Below, in pieces: positions 15,756-23,486 of a stretch of DNA of 40,307 nucleotides. The notes beneath the pieces were generated by a model, which was given only the letters and a program-made list of their open reading frames with translations, searched no databases and had not been told where the DNA came from. Origin of the DNA: a virus (taxonomy: Duplodnaviria > Caudoviricetes); the IMG/VR virus record IMGVR_UViG_3300032233_001004, positions 1 to 40,307 of that record. One strand, 5' to 3'. The stretch's first letter is position 1, and the number at the start of each line of letters is the position of its first letter. Both the position numbers and the translations under genes were made by a program.

Positions 15756-16320
15756 TACACTTCTGAAACTCAATGTAAACGAACACACTGAGAAAAAAGG
15801 CAACCTTACTTACCTGTCATGGGCATGGGCATGGGCCGAAGCATTGAAGGCAGACCCTGCGGCTACCTTTGAGGTCAAGATGTTTGGGGATAGCTGCTAT
15901 ACCGACATCAACGGTACGGCAATGGTCTGGGTGACTGCCGTGATGTTTGGCAAAGCTATGACCTGCCAGTTGCCGGTTATGGACCACCGGAACAAGCCTA
16001 TCACCAACCCGGACGCATTTGCGGTTAATACAGCCATCATGCGCTGCATGACTAAGGCGCTGTCGTTGCATGGCCTGGGCTTGTATATCTATGCCGGTGA
16101 AGACCTTCCCGAAGCAGACACATCCCTGATTGACAAGATCACCGATGCCATTCGGGACTTGCATAGCAAAGGTGATATGGCAGGAATGTATGGGGAATGG
16201 GAATCCATTGCCGACAATGAAGTCCGGTTATCAGTATGGGCATTACTGAAACCTGATGCAAAGGTGCGCTCTGCAATAAAAGCGTTTAAAGAAAAACTTG
16301 AATCAACAGAAAGCGATTAA
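15745..16320 (+). CDS. Sak-like single-strand annealing protein (DUF1071, Rad52 superfamily)
   Basis: LTYLSWAWAW, LPVMDHRN and MRCMTKALSLHGLGLYIYAGEDLP motifs. Confidence 0.9.
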   Translation: MDVNTLLKLNVNEHTEKKGNLTYLSWAWAWAEALKADPAATFEVKMFGDSCYTDINGTAMVWVTAVMFGKAMTCQLPVMDHRNKPITNPDAFAVNTAIMRCMTKALSLHGLGLYIYAGEDLPEADTSLIDKITDAIRDLHSKGDMAGMYGEWESIADNEVRLSVWALLKPDAKVRSAIKAFKEKLESTESD

Positions 16321-16569
16321 ATGGAATACGACAACACCAACCGGGGCAACCTCTTCAAGAATGACAAGAAAGAAGAGGAAAAACACCCAGACCTCAATGG
16401 CTCTGTCAACGTAGGCGGTACAGACTACTGGATCAGCGCATGGAAGAAGACTAGCAAAGCCGGTACGCCCTTCTACAGCCTGTCTGTGCGTCCAAAGCAG
16501 GAACAGGTAAGGCAGAGTAGCCAACCTACCCGTAAAGCCAAGGTAGACGATCTAGACGATTTCTTTTGA
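16321..16569 (+). CDS. Single-stranded DNA-binding protein (small phage type)
   Basis: LFKNDK...PD-x-x-G...ISAW pattern with acidic tail DDLDDFF, directly after the recombinase. Confidence 0.75.
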   Translation: MEYDNTNRGNLFKNDKKEEEKHPDLNGSVNVGGTDYWISAWKKTSKAGTPFYSLSVRPKQEQVRQSSQPTRKAKVDDLDDFF

Positions 16570-16574
16570 TTTTT

Positions 16575-16630
16575 GGGGGGAAAGCAGGGTATCAATTCGC
16601 AGTTGCCGCCTGATAGCAAGTACCCCCCCC
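16575..16630 (+). ncRNA. Candidate structured RNA with loop-E-like motif
   Basis: GGGGG-GAAA-GC...TATCA-loop-TGATA-GC-AAGTA-CCCCC in the ssb-mazG intergenic region. Confidence 0.5.
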
Positions 16631-16648
16631 TAATTTTTTGGAGTACCT

Positions 16649-16960
16649 ATGACAACGTATGCAGATGTAGAGATGGACATTGTGAGATGGGCAGAGGCTC
16701 GGAAGATCATTCCAAACAGCAACTCCCAGACTCAATTGTTAAAAGCTGTTTCTGAAATGGGTGAACTGGCAGATGCCACCATAAAACAAGATGGCCCAGG
16801 CATTGTGGACGGTGTGGGTGATGTGATGGTATGTCTCATTATTTATTGTGCTTTGCTAGACATTAACTTGGTAGATTGTATGGAATACGCATACAAAGAA
16901 ATCAAGGACCGTAAAGGCACTTTGTTGCCCAATGGGGTATTTTTAAAGAAATTGCCATGA
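16649..16960 (+). CDS. MazG-like nucleotide pyrophosphohydrolase
   Basis: SEMGELADA...DGVGDVMV metal-binding motif and AYKEIKDRKG. Confidence 0.85.
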   Translation: MTTYADVEMDIVRWAEARKIIPNSNSQTQLLKAVSEMGELADATIKQDGPGIVDGVGDVMVCLIIYCALLDINLVDCMEYAYKEIKDRKGTLLPNGVFLKKLP

Positions 16961-17100
16961 AAATAGTTTTTGATTTTTTTGCCCTTGTTGGCTTATGCGC
17001 CAGCATCATTGTGGCGGGATTTTGGTTTGGATATGCATCATATGAACCTAAATGCCACACTATTGCATCAGTGTTTACAAAATATTGCAAATTGAATTAA
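16957..17100 (+). CDS. Small membrane protein (not in ORF track)
   Basis: MKIVFDFFALVGLCASIIVAGFWFGY... (47 aa), ATGA overlap. Confidence 0.6.
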   Translation: MKIVFDFFALVGLCASIIVAGFWFGYASYEPKCHTIASVFTKYCKLN

Positions 17101-17110
17101 AGGAACAAAC

Positions 17111-17311
17111 ATGAAAAATTGGAATGTATTTGCCCGTATCTCTTTTTTGGAATCACAAGTCCAACAATTAACAAATCGCATCAACCATTTATCAGCACCC
17201 CCATCACCATTGGCTGACCGGGCATTGATTGAATTGCGTAAAGCTAAACAACGGGAATATGCCCGTAGGTTTTATCTGAAAAAGAAAAAAGAAAAGGCTG
17301 CAACCAAATGA
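17111..17311 (+). CDS. Hypothetical protein with basic C-terminus
   Basis: 66 aa, AAGGA RBS. Confidence 0.7.
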   Translation: MKNWNVFARISFLESQVQQLTNRINHLSAPPSPLADRALIELRKAKQREYARRFYLKKKKEKAATK

Positions 17312-17421
17312 ATGACGAAGATGAAGACTTAATGGTTACGTTGTTTTTCATAGCGTTCGTTATCTTCATTTTGTTTTTTACAGGCATTGGAATTGCAGCA
17401 TTTATATGGAGTTTTTTATGA
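17308..17421 (+). CDS. Small membrane peptide (not in ORF track)
   Basis: MNDEDEDLMVTLFFIAFVIFILFFTGIGIAAFIWSFL (37 aa), ATGA overlaps on both sides. Confidence 0.6.
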   Translation: MNDEDEDLMVTLFFIAFVIFILFFTGIGIAAFIWSFL

Positions 17422-17999
17422 CACCTGAAGACGAAGCGTTCGATGACCTTGCCCGCAAGCAGGGGATGTGGGGCGGTGGCTTTAATGCCAAACGCCAAGC
17501 GGCAATGGACAAAATAAATTCCCACTTTGATGAGGCGTACAAGAAGATGCACGAAGACCGCGCTATGTACGGCACATCATGGTCAAAAGATGGTGAGCGC
17601 ATTGACCCAACAAGCGTGTATCTTGAGGAACTAGCGCAGGAGCCGTATGACCAGACCGCACTTGAATTGTGCGGAGTGTGCGGGTGGAAAACTCTCATAC
17701 CTGATGATGGATGTTTAAACTGTGAACGGGCACAGCCAGCGCAGGAGCCTGTGGCAATGTATGGACGCTGTCCTATGTGCGGAGCAAAAGTCGTAAATCG
17801 GGAAAGACGGCTCAATGGTAATGACTTATGCGCGAGTGGTCACATATACCCATCACGCGATTCCACCACCCCACCAAAGCGCGAATGGGTGGGGCTGACA
17901 GATGAAGAACGCGAACAGCATCGAAATGACTGGCATTCAAACATCCACGACAAAGAGTTCTATGCTATTGAAGCCAAACTCAAGGAGAAGAACTTATGA
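17418..17999 (+). CDS. Mosaic hypothetical protein with two Zn-finger-like modules
   Basis: AQEP linkers, CxxC...CxxC and CxxC...CxxxH modules, C-terminal REWVGLTDEE module. Confidence 0.75.
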   Translation: MTPEDEAFDDLARKQGMWGGGFNAKRQAAMDKINSHFDEAYKKMHEDRAMYGTSWSKDGERIDPTSVYLEELAQEPYDQTALELCGVCGWKTLIPDDGCLNCERAQPAQEPVAMYGRCPMCGAKVVNRERRLNGNDLCASGHIYPSRDSTTPPKREWVGLTDEEREQHRNDWHSNIHDKEFYAIEAKLKEKNL

Positions 18000-18181
18000 G
18001 CAAACGTGACTTAGCATTGGATAGCCTGACGCGCATCTGCGAGATACAGCAGCGCCTAATTAACCAGCTTATTGCAATGGAGCAGAACTCTTATTCGCGT
18101 GGGTATGAAGATGGAATGGCGGCACAGGCTGAAGTAGACATTGCATTAGATGAAATGGTGGTTAAAAATGAAGCTATATAA
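17996..18181 (+). CDS. Hypothetical protein
   Basis: 61 aa, AAGGAG RBS. Confidence 0.65.
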   Translation: MSKRDLALDSLTRICEIQQRLINQLIAMEQNSYSRGYEDGMAAQAEVDIALDEMVVKNEAI

Positions 18182-18335
18182 CGTACCTAGAAATAGCACG
18201 ATCGTGCTTAAAGATGGGCTGGAGCTAAATTTTCACCACGTTGACGGCATGTACAGTGTGTGTACAGATGATGAGGGGAATGTGTACCACATTGCCGCAA
18301 CTGAAGAAGTAGAAGTTAAAGAAGAGTTTACATAA
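18168..18335 (+). CDS. Hypothetical protein
   Basis: 55 aa from MKLYNVPRNS with FHHVDGMYSVC motif. Confidence 0.65.
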   Translation: MKLYNVPRNSTIVLKDGLELNFHHVDGMYSVCTDDEGNVYHIAATEEVEVKEEFT

Positions 18336-18599
18336 ATGACTTTGGAAAACCAACACTATCAGCCTAAAGCCCCTGTGATTAGGGCTCTATTAAAAGCTTT
18401 CCCGGATGGCTTGAGTGTGAATGAAATCTGTTTAAAAACAGGCATTTCTTCAAGATGCGTTTACCCAACATTAAAGAAAATGCCAGATTGCTATATAGAT
18501 AGATGGGCGGCGGGGAAATTTCGTGTGCCACCCGCAGCTATCTGGTGCGTTGTAGAAGTCCCTGAAAATTGCCCTAGACCAAGGAAACAAAAGGAATGA
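18336..18599 (+). CDS. Putative winged-HTH protein
   Basis: DGLSVNEICLKTGIS HTH-like segment and YIDRW. Confidence 0.65.
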   Translation: MTLENQHYQPKAPVIRALLKAFPDGLSVNEICLKTGISSRCVYPTLKKMPDCYIDRWAAGKFRVPPAAIWCVVEVPENCPRPRKQKE

Positions 18600-18796
18600 A
18601 TATGAAAATCAATGCCACATTTCAAGACGAAGAAGAGGCCATCAAAGCTATCCACTCAGGGTATGCTTGGCAAACTCTGCATGAGATAAACGAAATACTG
18701 CGCCAACATAGAAAACACGACTTACCTTTTGAGCAAGTCGTGTCCAAAATCCAAGCGTCTGTTCAAGACGCATTGGCTATGATCTACCCGGATTAA
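18596..18796 (+). CDS. Hypothetical protein
   Basis: 66 aa, its stop shares TTAA with the convergent gene. Confidence 0.65.
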   Translation: MNMKINATFQDEEEAIKAIHSGYAWQTLHEINEILRQHRKHDLPFEQVVSKIQASVQDALAMIYPD

Positions 18797-19032
18797 GCAG
18801 CCTCGTCTTCTTCCCAGTAGATTTCTTCGTCTTCGTCGTCTTCTGCGACCAAGAGCCATTCGCCAGTGTCTTCGTTCAACCAGTACCACGCATCGTACAG
18901 TTCGTCGTACCAGCAGTAGCACTCATAGTCTTCGTCGTAGACATACTCTTCGCCTTCTTCGAAATTTTCGAAAAACGAGTCATCGTTTTCTACTTCTGCG
19001 ACTTCACCAATATACACAAAAAAATTAAACAT
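18793..19032 (-). CDS. Hyper-acidic aromatic-rich small protein
   Basis: 79 aa with 31 D/E, 20 F/Y/W and no K/R/H, AGGAG RBS. Confidence 0.75.
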   Translation of the reverse strand: MFNFFVYIGEVAEVENDDSFFENFEEGEEYVYDEDYECYCWYDELYDAWYWLNEDTGEWLLVAEDDEDEEIYWEEDEAA

Positions 19033-19041
19033 AAGAAACTC

Positions 19042-20010
19042 CTAAAGGTTGATAACTTGTCCTCGAAACTCAACCTGCGTATCGCTCCACTTGTGAACTA
19101 ACTCAGGCCACAAAAGCTTACCACCCTTAAATGTCAGCACAGCAAACCCAGACCTGTGGTTTAATGGGTTGTCTTCTCCGTATTCAAATTGTCGCCCATA
19201 GGGTTCTGCAAGAGTACCAGTATCTACACCATAACGATTACCCGTGTAGTCAGCGAATGGAGTTACTTTAAGGCTATGCAAATGGCCTGTAACAATACTT
19301 ATGCCAGCGTTGACGGTATTGTTATGAGCTGCATGAATGCCGCTTTTGTAACGGTGTTTAATAACGCAATCAGGCGTAGGCCAGACAGACCATGCGAACT
19401 CCCAGGCTGGTAAATGGTCTTCTAATTTAAACCCATGCACTTCCCGATACTGCGGGGCTTGTACTGCTAATTTGTTAGCAAAGCGGGTGTCGTGATTGCC
19501 CCAAGTGAACAACAGTTTACAGTTGTGTCTAGCGGCTTTGGCTGTTTCTTCTATCTCGCCAAGATGTGCCTGAACCGCTTTTAGTTCTTCTATAACTGAA
19601 GGGGTCTTGGACCAGCCCAATGGATCATGTCTGCTGATAGATGCACCATCAAATGCATCCCCGTTACTGATAACGGCATGGGGCTTCAACTCTTTGATAG
19701 CCCATAACAGCCCTTTGTAAGCAGTTGTGTATTCACCGGGCCAAAAGTGGGAGTCAGAAAAAACTATGATTGTTTGATCAAGTATGCCAAGCTCAACGCG
19801 ATTAAGAGATGTTTTGATGGGCTGCATGTGGGCATACGGCCTAGCCGCCTCATGGAAATTAACAAGCGGCTGATTGGTTTCCGTTTCCAATCTTCTTCTT
19901 CGCCGATGAACAGCGCGTTCGTCCATTTCTAAAAATTCTGCTACTTTTGAAGCAGAACCTAGTTGATTCCATGCATGTATAAATTCACTATTAGAAACTT
20001 TAGCTTGCAT
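19042..20010 (-). CDS. Calcineurin-like metallophosphoesterase with N-terminal HTH-like segment
   Basis: SDSH, GDAFD, GNHD, H and GHLH motifs. Confidence 0.9.
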   Translation of the reverse strand: MQAKVSNSEFIHAWNQLGSASKVAEFLEMDERAVHRRRRRLETETNQPLVNFHEAARPYAHMQPIKTSLNRVELGILDQTIIVFSDSHFWPGEYTTAYKGLLWAIKELKPHAVISNGDAFDGASISRHDPLGWSKTPSVIEELKAVQAHLGEIEETAKAARHNCKLLFTWGNHDTRFANKLAVQAPQYREVHGFKLEDHLPAWEFAWSVWPTPDCVIKHRYKSGIHAAHNNTVNAGISIVTGHLHSLKVTPFADYTGNRYGVDTGTLAEPYGRQFEYGEDNPLNHRSGFAVLTFKGGKLLWPELVHKWSDTQVEFRGQVINL

Positions 20011-20059
20011 AAGTGACCCCGCAAAGTTGCGCGGAATCTAACACATATCTATTGCATCA

Positions 20060-20476
20060 TCATGCAATCTTTGCGCCAGCTTGAAGTTGGGCCATTGTTA
20101 AACCGCTTGTGTATTGGAAGTGTGGGTACTCTTTGAACGTCTTCCAATCACCAGCCCACTCTAAACCGCAGGACTTTCCAATCTCACCGATCTGTTTCCA
20201 AATGGCTTGATCGTCCCATACGGCCTTACCGTTAATCAATGGGACAACATCTAAGGCACATCGATGGTTATGCCAAGACTGTCCTGCTTTGGCTCTGGTC
20301 ACTATGTTGCCAGGGGTGATGCGTCCTTGAGCATATAGCGCGTTCTGGCTCTCGCTATCGCGGTAAGTAGAGGTCACCAGCAAGTCAATGCCTTTAGCCT
20401 TAGCCGCCTCTACAAAGGCTTGTGCGCGTTGTTTAACGGGCGGGGCTAGATCATCAAGGCTACGGGAATTAATCAT
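20060..20476 (-). CDS. Endolysin, M15 L-Ala-D-Glu peptidase
   Basis: YRxxxxQxxLYAQGR, SWHNHxxALD and EYPH Zn-peptidase motifs. Confidence 0.92.
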   Translation of the reverse strand: MINSRSLDDLAPPVKQRAQAFVEAAKAKGIDLLVTSTYRDSESQNALYAQGRITPGNIVTRAKAGQSWHNHRCALDVVPLINGKAVWDDQAIWKQIGEIGKSCGLEWAGDWKTFKEYPHFQYTSGLTMAQLQAGAKIA

Positions 20477-20697
20477 ATGTTTTCTCTGCGTTTAGGTTTA
20501 ACATCGCTTTCCATAACCTTGGCAGGTGCAACAACGCAAGTAACCTCTACCGTAACTCCATTTATTTTTGAATATTTTTCTGCTTGTGCAAGTACCACTT
20601 GTTTGCATTCCTCTTCATCAGGATAAACAGCAAGCTGTTGCAGAAACTCACAGTGCCCGTTCAAGCATATGTACAGAACGGGTATGAAGAGGTTCAC
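20473..20697 (-). CDS. Hypothetical lysis-cassette protein
   Basis: 74 aa, hydrophobic N-terminus, four Cys. Confidence 0.6.
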   Translation of the reverse strand: MNLFIPVLYICLNGHCEFLQQLAVYPDEEECKQVVLAQAEKYSKINGVTVEVTCVVAPAKVMESDVKPKRRENI

Positions 20698-21101
20698 TTT
20701 GCTGCTACGCCGTTGATTTTCTCAGCAGTACGCATACCGGATAAGCCAAGCATTCCCAGCATCAAAGGCATCATGGTTCCCATGTCCATTGCGGGAAACT
20801 TTACGGGGTGACCATACAACGCCGATCCCCATTCAGCTAATGGGCCTACAACGAACTGGACGGCAAAGCCTGCGCCGCAGACCCAACCAATGCCTGGACG
20901 CCAGCCGCTAACAAACACCGATGGATTAGCGGCCTCTGCTTTATTGATGTCCAACTGTCCAGCAATGATTGACAGTTCGCCAGATTGCTGTAGCTTAAAT
21001 AGTTCCATCTTGGCAGCAGCAGCTTGCACGGGATCAGGCCACAGCCTGTCCATGACCTTGCCACCAATGTCAAGAAGTGCGGATACAGGATCAAGTGCCA
21101 T
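20694..21101 (-). CDS. Holin (3TM / GTA-holin-like family)
   Basis: FVSGWRPGIGWVC and LGMLGLSGMRTAEK motifs. Confidence 0.85.
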   Translation of the reverse strand: MALDPVSALLDIGGKVMDRLWPDPVQAAAAKMELFKLQQSGELSIIAGQLDINKAEAANPSVFVSGWRPGIGWVCGAGFAVQFVVGPLAEWGSALYGHPVKFPAMDMGTMMPLMLGMLGLSGMRTAEKINGVAAK

Positions 21102-21330
21102 TTGAAGGTCCTTTATTAGTACGAATGTCTACAATCTTTTCAGCGGTCTTACCCGCAAAGATAGCAGTAATAACAATAATCATGGCTTGCCCTAACAAGT
21201 CCACATATGCTCCCCGAGTCTCTAAATTAAAAACTGATAGCAAGGCAAAAAAGAAATAAGAAAACAACAAGAAAGCCACCGTAACCGGTTGAATGTTTCT
21301 TGCTAACCAGGATTCATTTTGCCCGTTCAT
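21091..21330 (-). CDS. Two-TM membrane protein, holin-like
   Basis: SWLARNIQP...two hydrophobic helices...FAGKTAEK. Confidence 0.65.
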   Translation of the reverse strand: MNGQNESWLARNIQPVTVAFLLFSYFFFALLSVFNLETRGAYVDLLGQAMIIVITAIFAGKTAEKIVDIRTNKGPSNGT

Positions 21331-21589
21331 ACAGCTTCTCTATTTTTGTCCTAATACGCATGGTGTCTGATACGCCTAAGACTTGCGCCAGATTCGTGTA
21401 AATGAGTCCCAACTGTTCTTTAGTGCAGACTTGGCCTGAGTCATCCAACCATTCAACAATTCGATCATGTCGTTCCTTTGGGTTGTTGTTACTGTAAGCA
21501 ATGTTTACAAAGTCGCTGACACTACATTCTCGCTTTTGTGTAGCGCCATACACCAAACTGGCACACACAAAAAGAAGTAACCAGCGCAT
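21314..21589 (-). CDS. Putative exported protein
   Basis: Signal-peptide-like N-terminus, 91 aa. Confidence 0.6.
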   Translation of the reverse strand: MRWLLLFVCASLVYGATQKRECSVSDFVNIAYSNNNPKERHDRIVEWLDDSGQVCTKEQLGLIYTNLAQVLGVSDTMRIRTKIEKLYERAK

Positions 21590-21590
21590 T

Positions 21591-21824
21591 TCATTTGTCA
21601 GCTTTGTTTTCTAGCCGGTCAAACAAGCGTTCCAAGGTGGCATCTATTTTGTCAAACCGGCTTTCAATGTCTTTCTTACTGACATAGTTTTTGGGCAGGT
21701 CAATTTCAATGGCTTTAATGTCTGCTTTCAAAGCCTTGACAGAATCCCAGATTTCTTTACACCACCAGCCAATGGCTACAAGAAGTACGCCACCGACAAA
21801 GTTAAACATTGCTTGAAATTCCAT
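21591..21824 (-). CDS. Single-TM coiled-coil protein (holin/antiholin-like)
   Basis: N-terminal TM, LPKNYVSK, C-terminal KADK. Confidence 0.7.
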   Translation of the reverse strand: MEFQAMFNFVGGVLLVAIGWWCKEIWDSVKALKADIKAIEIDLPKNYVSKKDIESRFDKIDATLERLFDRLENKADK

Positions 21825-21826
21825 GA

Positions 21827-23476
21827 TTACCTCGCAGGGGGAGCAATTGGTAACAAAGTAGTGCGGTTAATAGGCTGCGTAGAACCAATTGCCGGTTTTA
21901 TAAAGCGTGAACTATTGTACTCAGGGAACGATGACAATTTAGACAAGTATTGTTCCCTAGCCACATTGAATTCATCGGGAGACATAGTTTTACGCATATT
22001 TGCTAAAACATCTCTTACACCAGAACGATTAAGAACCTCAGTATATGGATTTTCGTTAAATAATTTTCCTGATTGCAAAGTGCTTCCTGTTAATGCGGCA
22101 GCAGCAGTGCCGACATAAGGAATAGCGCCTACACCTATATCAAAAGCCGTTTCCATCAAAGGACCTGCATTCCCTGTACGGGCAGAATTAGTAAAAGCAT
22201 TAGCAACATCAGACATCGCCATAATTGCTCCAGCAACACCCGCAACTTTTGCACCTTTCATGGCAATGCCTTTGGTATTTTCTTGCAAAGGCAATCCAAG
22301 AGATTTACGCAATGCCCGATCTGCTGGTGGTCCCATGCGTTGTTCGGCATTGTATTTGTTCATAAAGTCCACAGCTTCATTGTGTGAGCCAAATGGCCCA
22401 CCATGTAATTGGACTGCTGCTTTGTAGCCTTCTGGCGTTTCAAGATTGCGAATAGTATTTGTGCCTGGGCCTACCCCTGGAACAAATGCATATCCCGCAG
22501 GAACTTCTTTCACGCTTGCAAATTCTTTAGGCATCCGTTGGTATTGCTTGCCTTCACCAGCATAAGCGGGTAATCCTGCTCCGGTTCTGAGTTCACCAGT
22601 AGGAGACACAGGTGCTGCTGTAGGCACAACAGGGGCTGTAGTAGCTGCTAATGCTGCGGGTGGTGTAGGCACTACAGGTCTACGAGGGCCAGTAAATTCA
22701 GGTGGGCCTACAGGCTGCGTTGGGCCAACAAATTCACCTGTTGCAGGTATGCCAGCAGCGACTTTAGCTTTTAATTCTTCAAGCTTGGTGTTGACAGGTG
22801 CAGCAGGCGCAGTAGTAACAGCGGGCGTAGCAGGTGCAGTAGCATCACCCAAAAAATTGCCAAAAGAAGGATCACTATGAATGTCCCAATTTTGAATCGG
22901 TGATGCTGATGGTGTAACTACTGGTGCTGGTGGCGTAACGCGAGGGCCAGAACCGCCTACAAATGGTTGTGGTTGGGCAGAACTAGCGGACATCTTGGAA
23001 CCAAGCGTGTCAAACAAGCCTAGTTTGTTAGCTCCATATGCCAATGGAATAGCAGCCAATGCGCCTGTTAATTCTGGGTTATTGGCAACAGCATTACGAG
23101 CATAGTCCAATGAATCTTGAACAAAGTTACTACCAGCAGTGGCAACATTTTGACCAACAGCACCTACTCGCTGTTCAGGTGGCGTTCCCATTCCTGACGG
23201 TACTGTTTTTCCGGTAAACAAATCTGCCGCAGTAGTTCCTGCTGGTACTGTTGGAACAGATAGGCTTGATGTTGCAGGAGAAGCAACAGATGCGGCAGGG
23301 GCGGGTTGAGTTGTTGCAACAGGTTCAGCAGCTACTTTTGTAGAATTTAAAGTGTCTTTACGTTCTGCTGCTCTATCATCTTTCATCATAGTATCAGCTT
23401 CTGATTCAATTTCAGATTCTGTAAAAGCGCCAGATGCCCTTAGTTTGTTTACCAAAGTTTGTCTATCAAGTGCCAT
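21827..23476 (-). CDS. Putative ejection / internal virion protein
   Basis: 549 aa, P/A/T-rich linkers and Gly/Ala hydrophobic segments, located after the tail genes. Confidence 0.55.
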   Translation of the reverse strand: MALDRQTLVNKLRASGAFTESEIESEADTMMKDDRAAERKDTLNSTKVAAEPVATTQPAPAASVASPATSSLSVPTVPAGTTAADLFTGKTVPSGMGTPPEQRVGAVGQNVATAGSNFVQDSLDYARNAVANNPELTGALAAIPLAYGANKLGLFDTLGSKMSASSAQPQPFVGGSGPRVTPPAPVVTPSASPIQNWDIHSDPSFGNFLGDATAPATPAVTTAPAAPVNTKLEELKAKVAAGIPATGEFVGPTQPVGPPEFTGPRRPVVPTPPAALAATTAPVVPTAAPVSPTGELRTGAGLPAYAGEGKQYQRMPKEFASVKEVPAGYAFVPGVGPGTNTIRNLETPEGYKAAVQLHGGPFGSHNEAVDFMNKYNAEQRMGPPADRALRKSLGLPLQENTKGIAMKGAKVAGVAGAIMAMSDVANAFTNSARTGNAGPLMETAFDIGVGAIPYVGTAAAALTGSTLQSGKLFNENPYTEVLNRSGVRDVLANMRKTMSPDEFNVAREQYLSKLSSFPEYNSSRFIKPAIGSTQPINRTTLLPIAPPAR

Positions 23477-23486
23477 GATAAATCCT

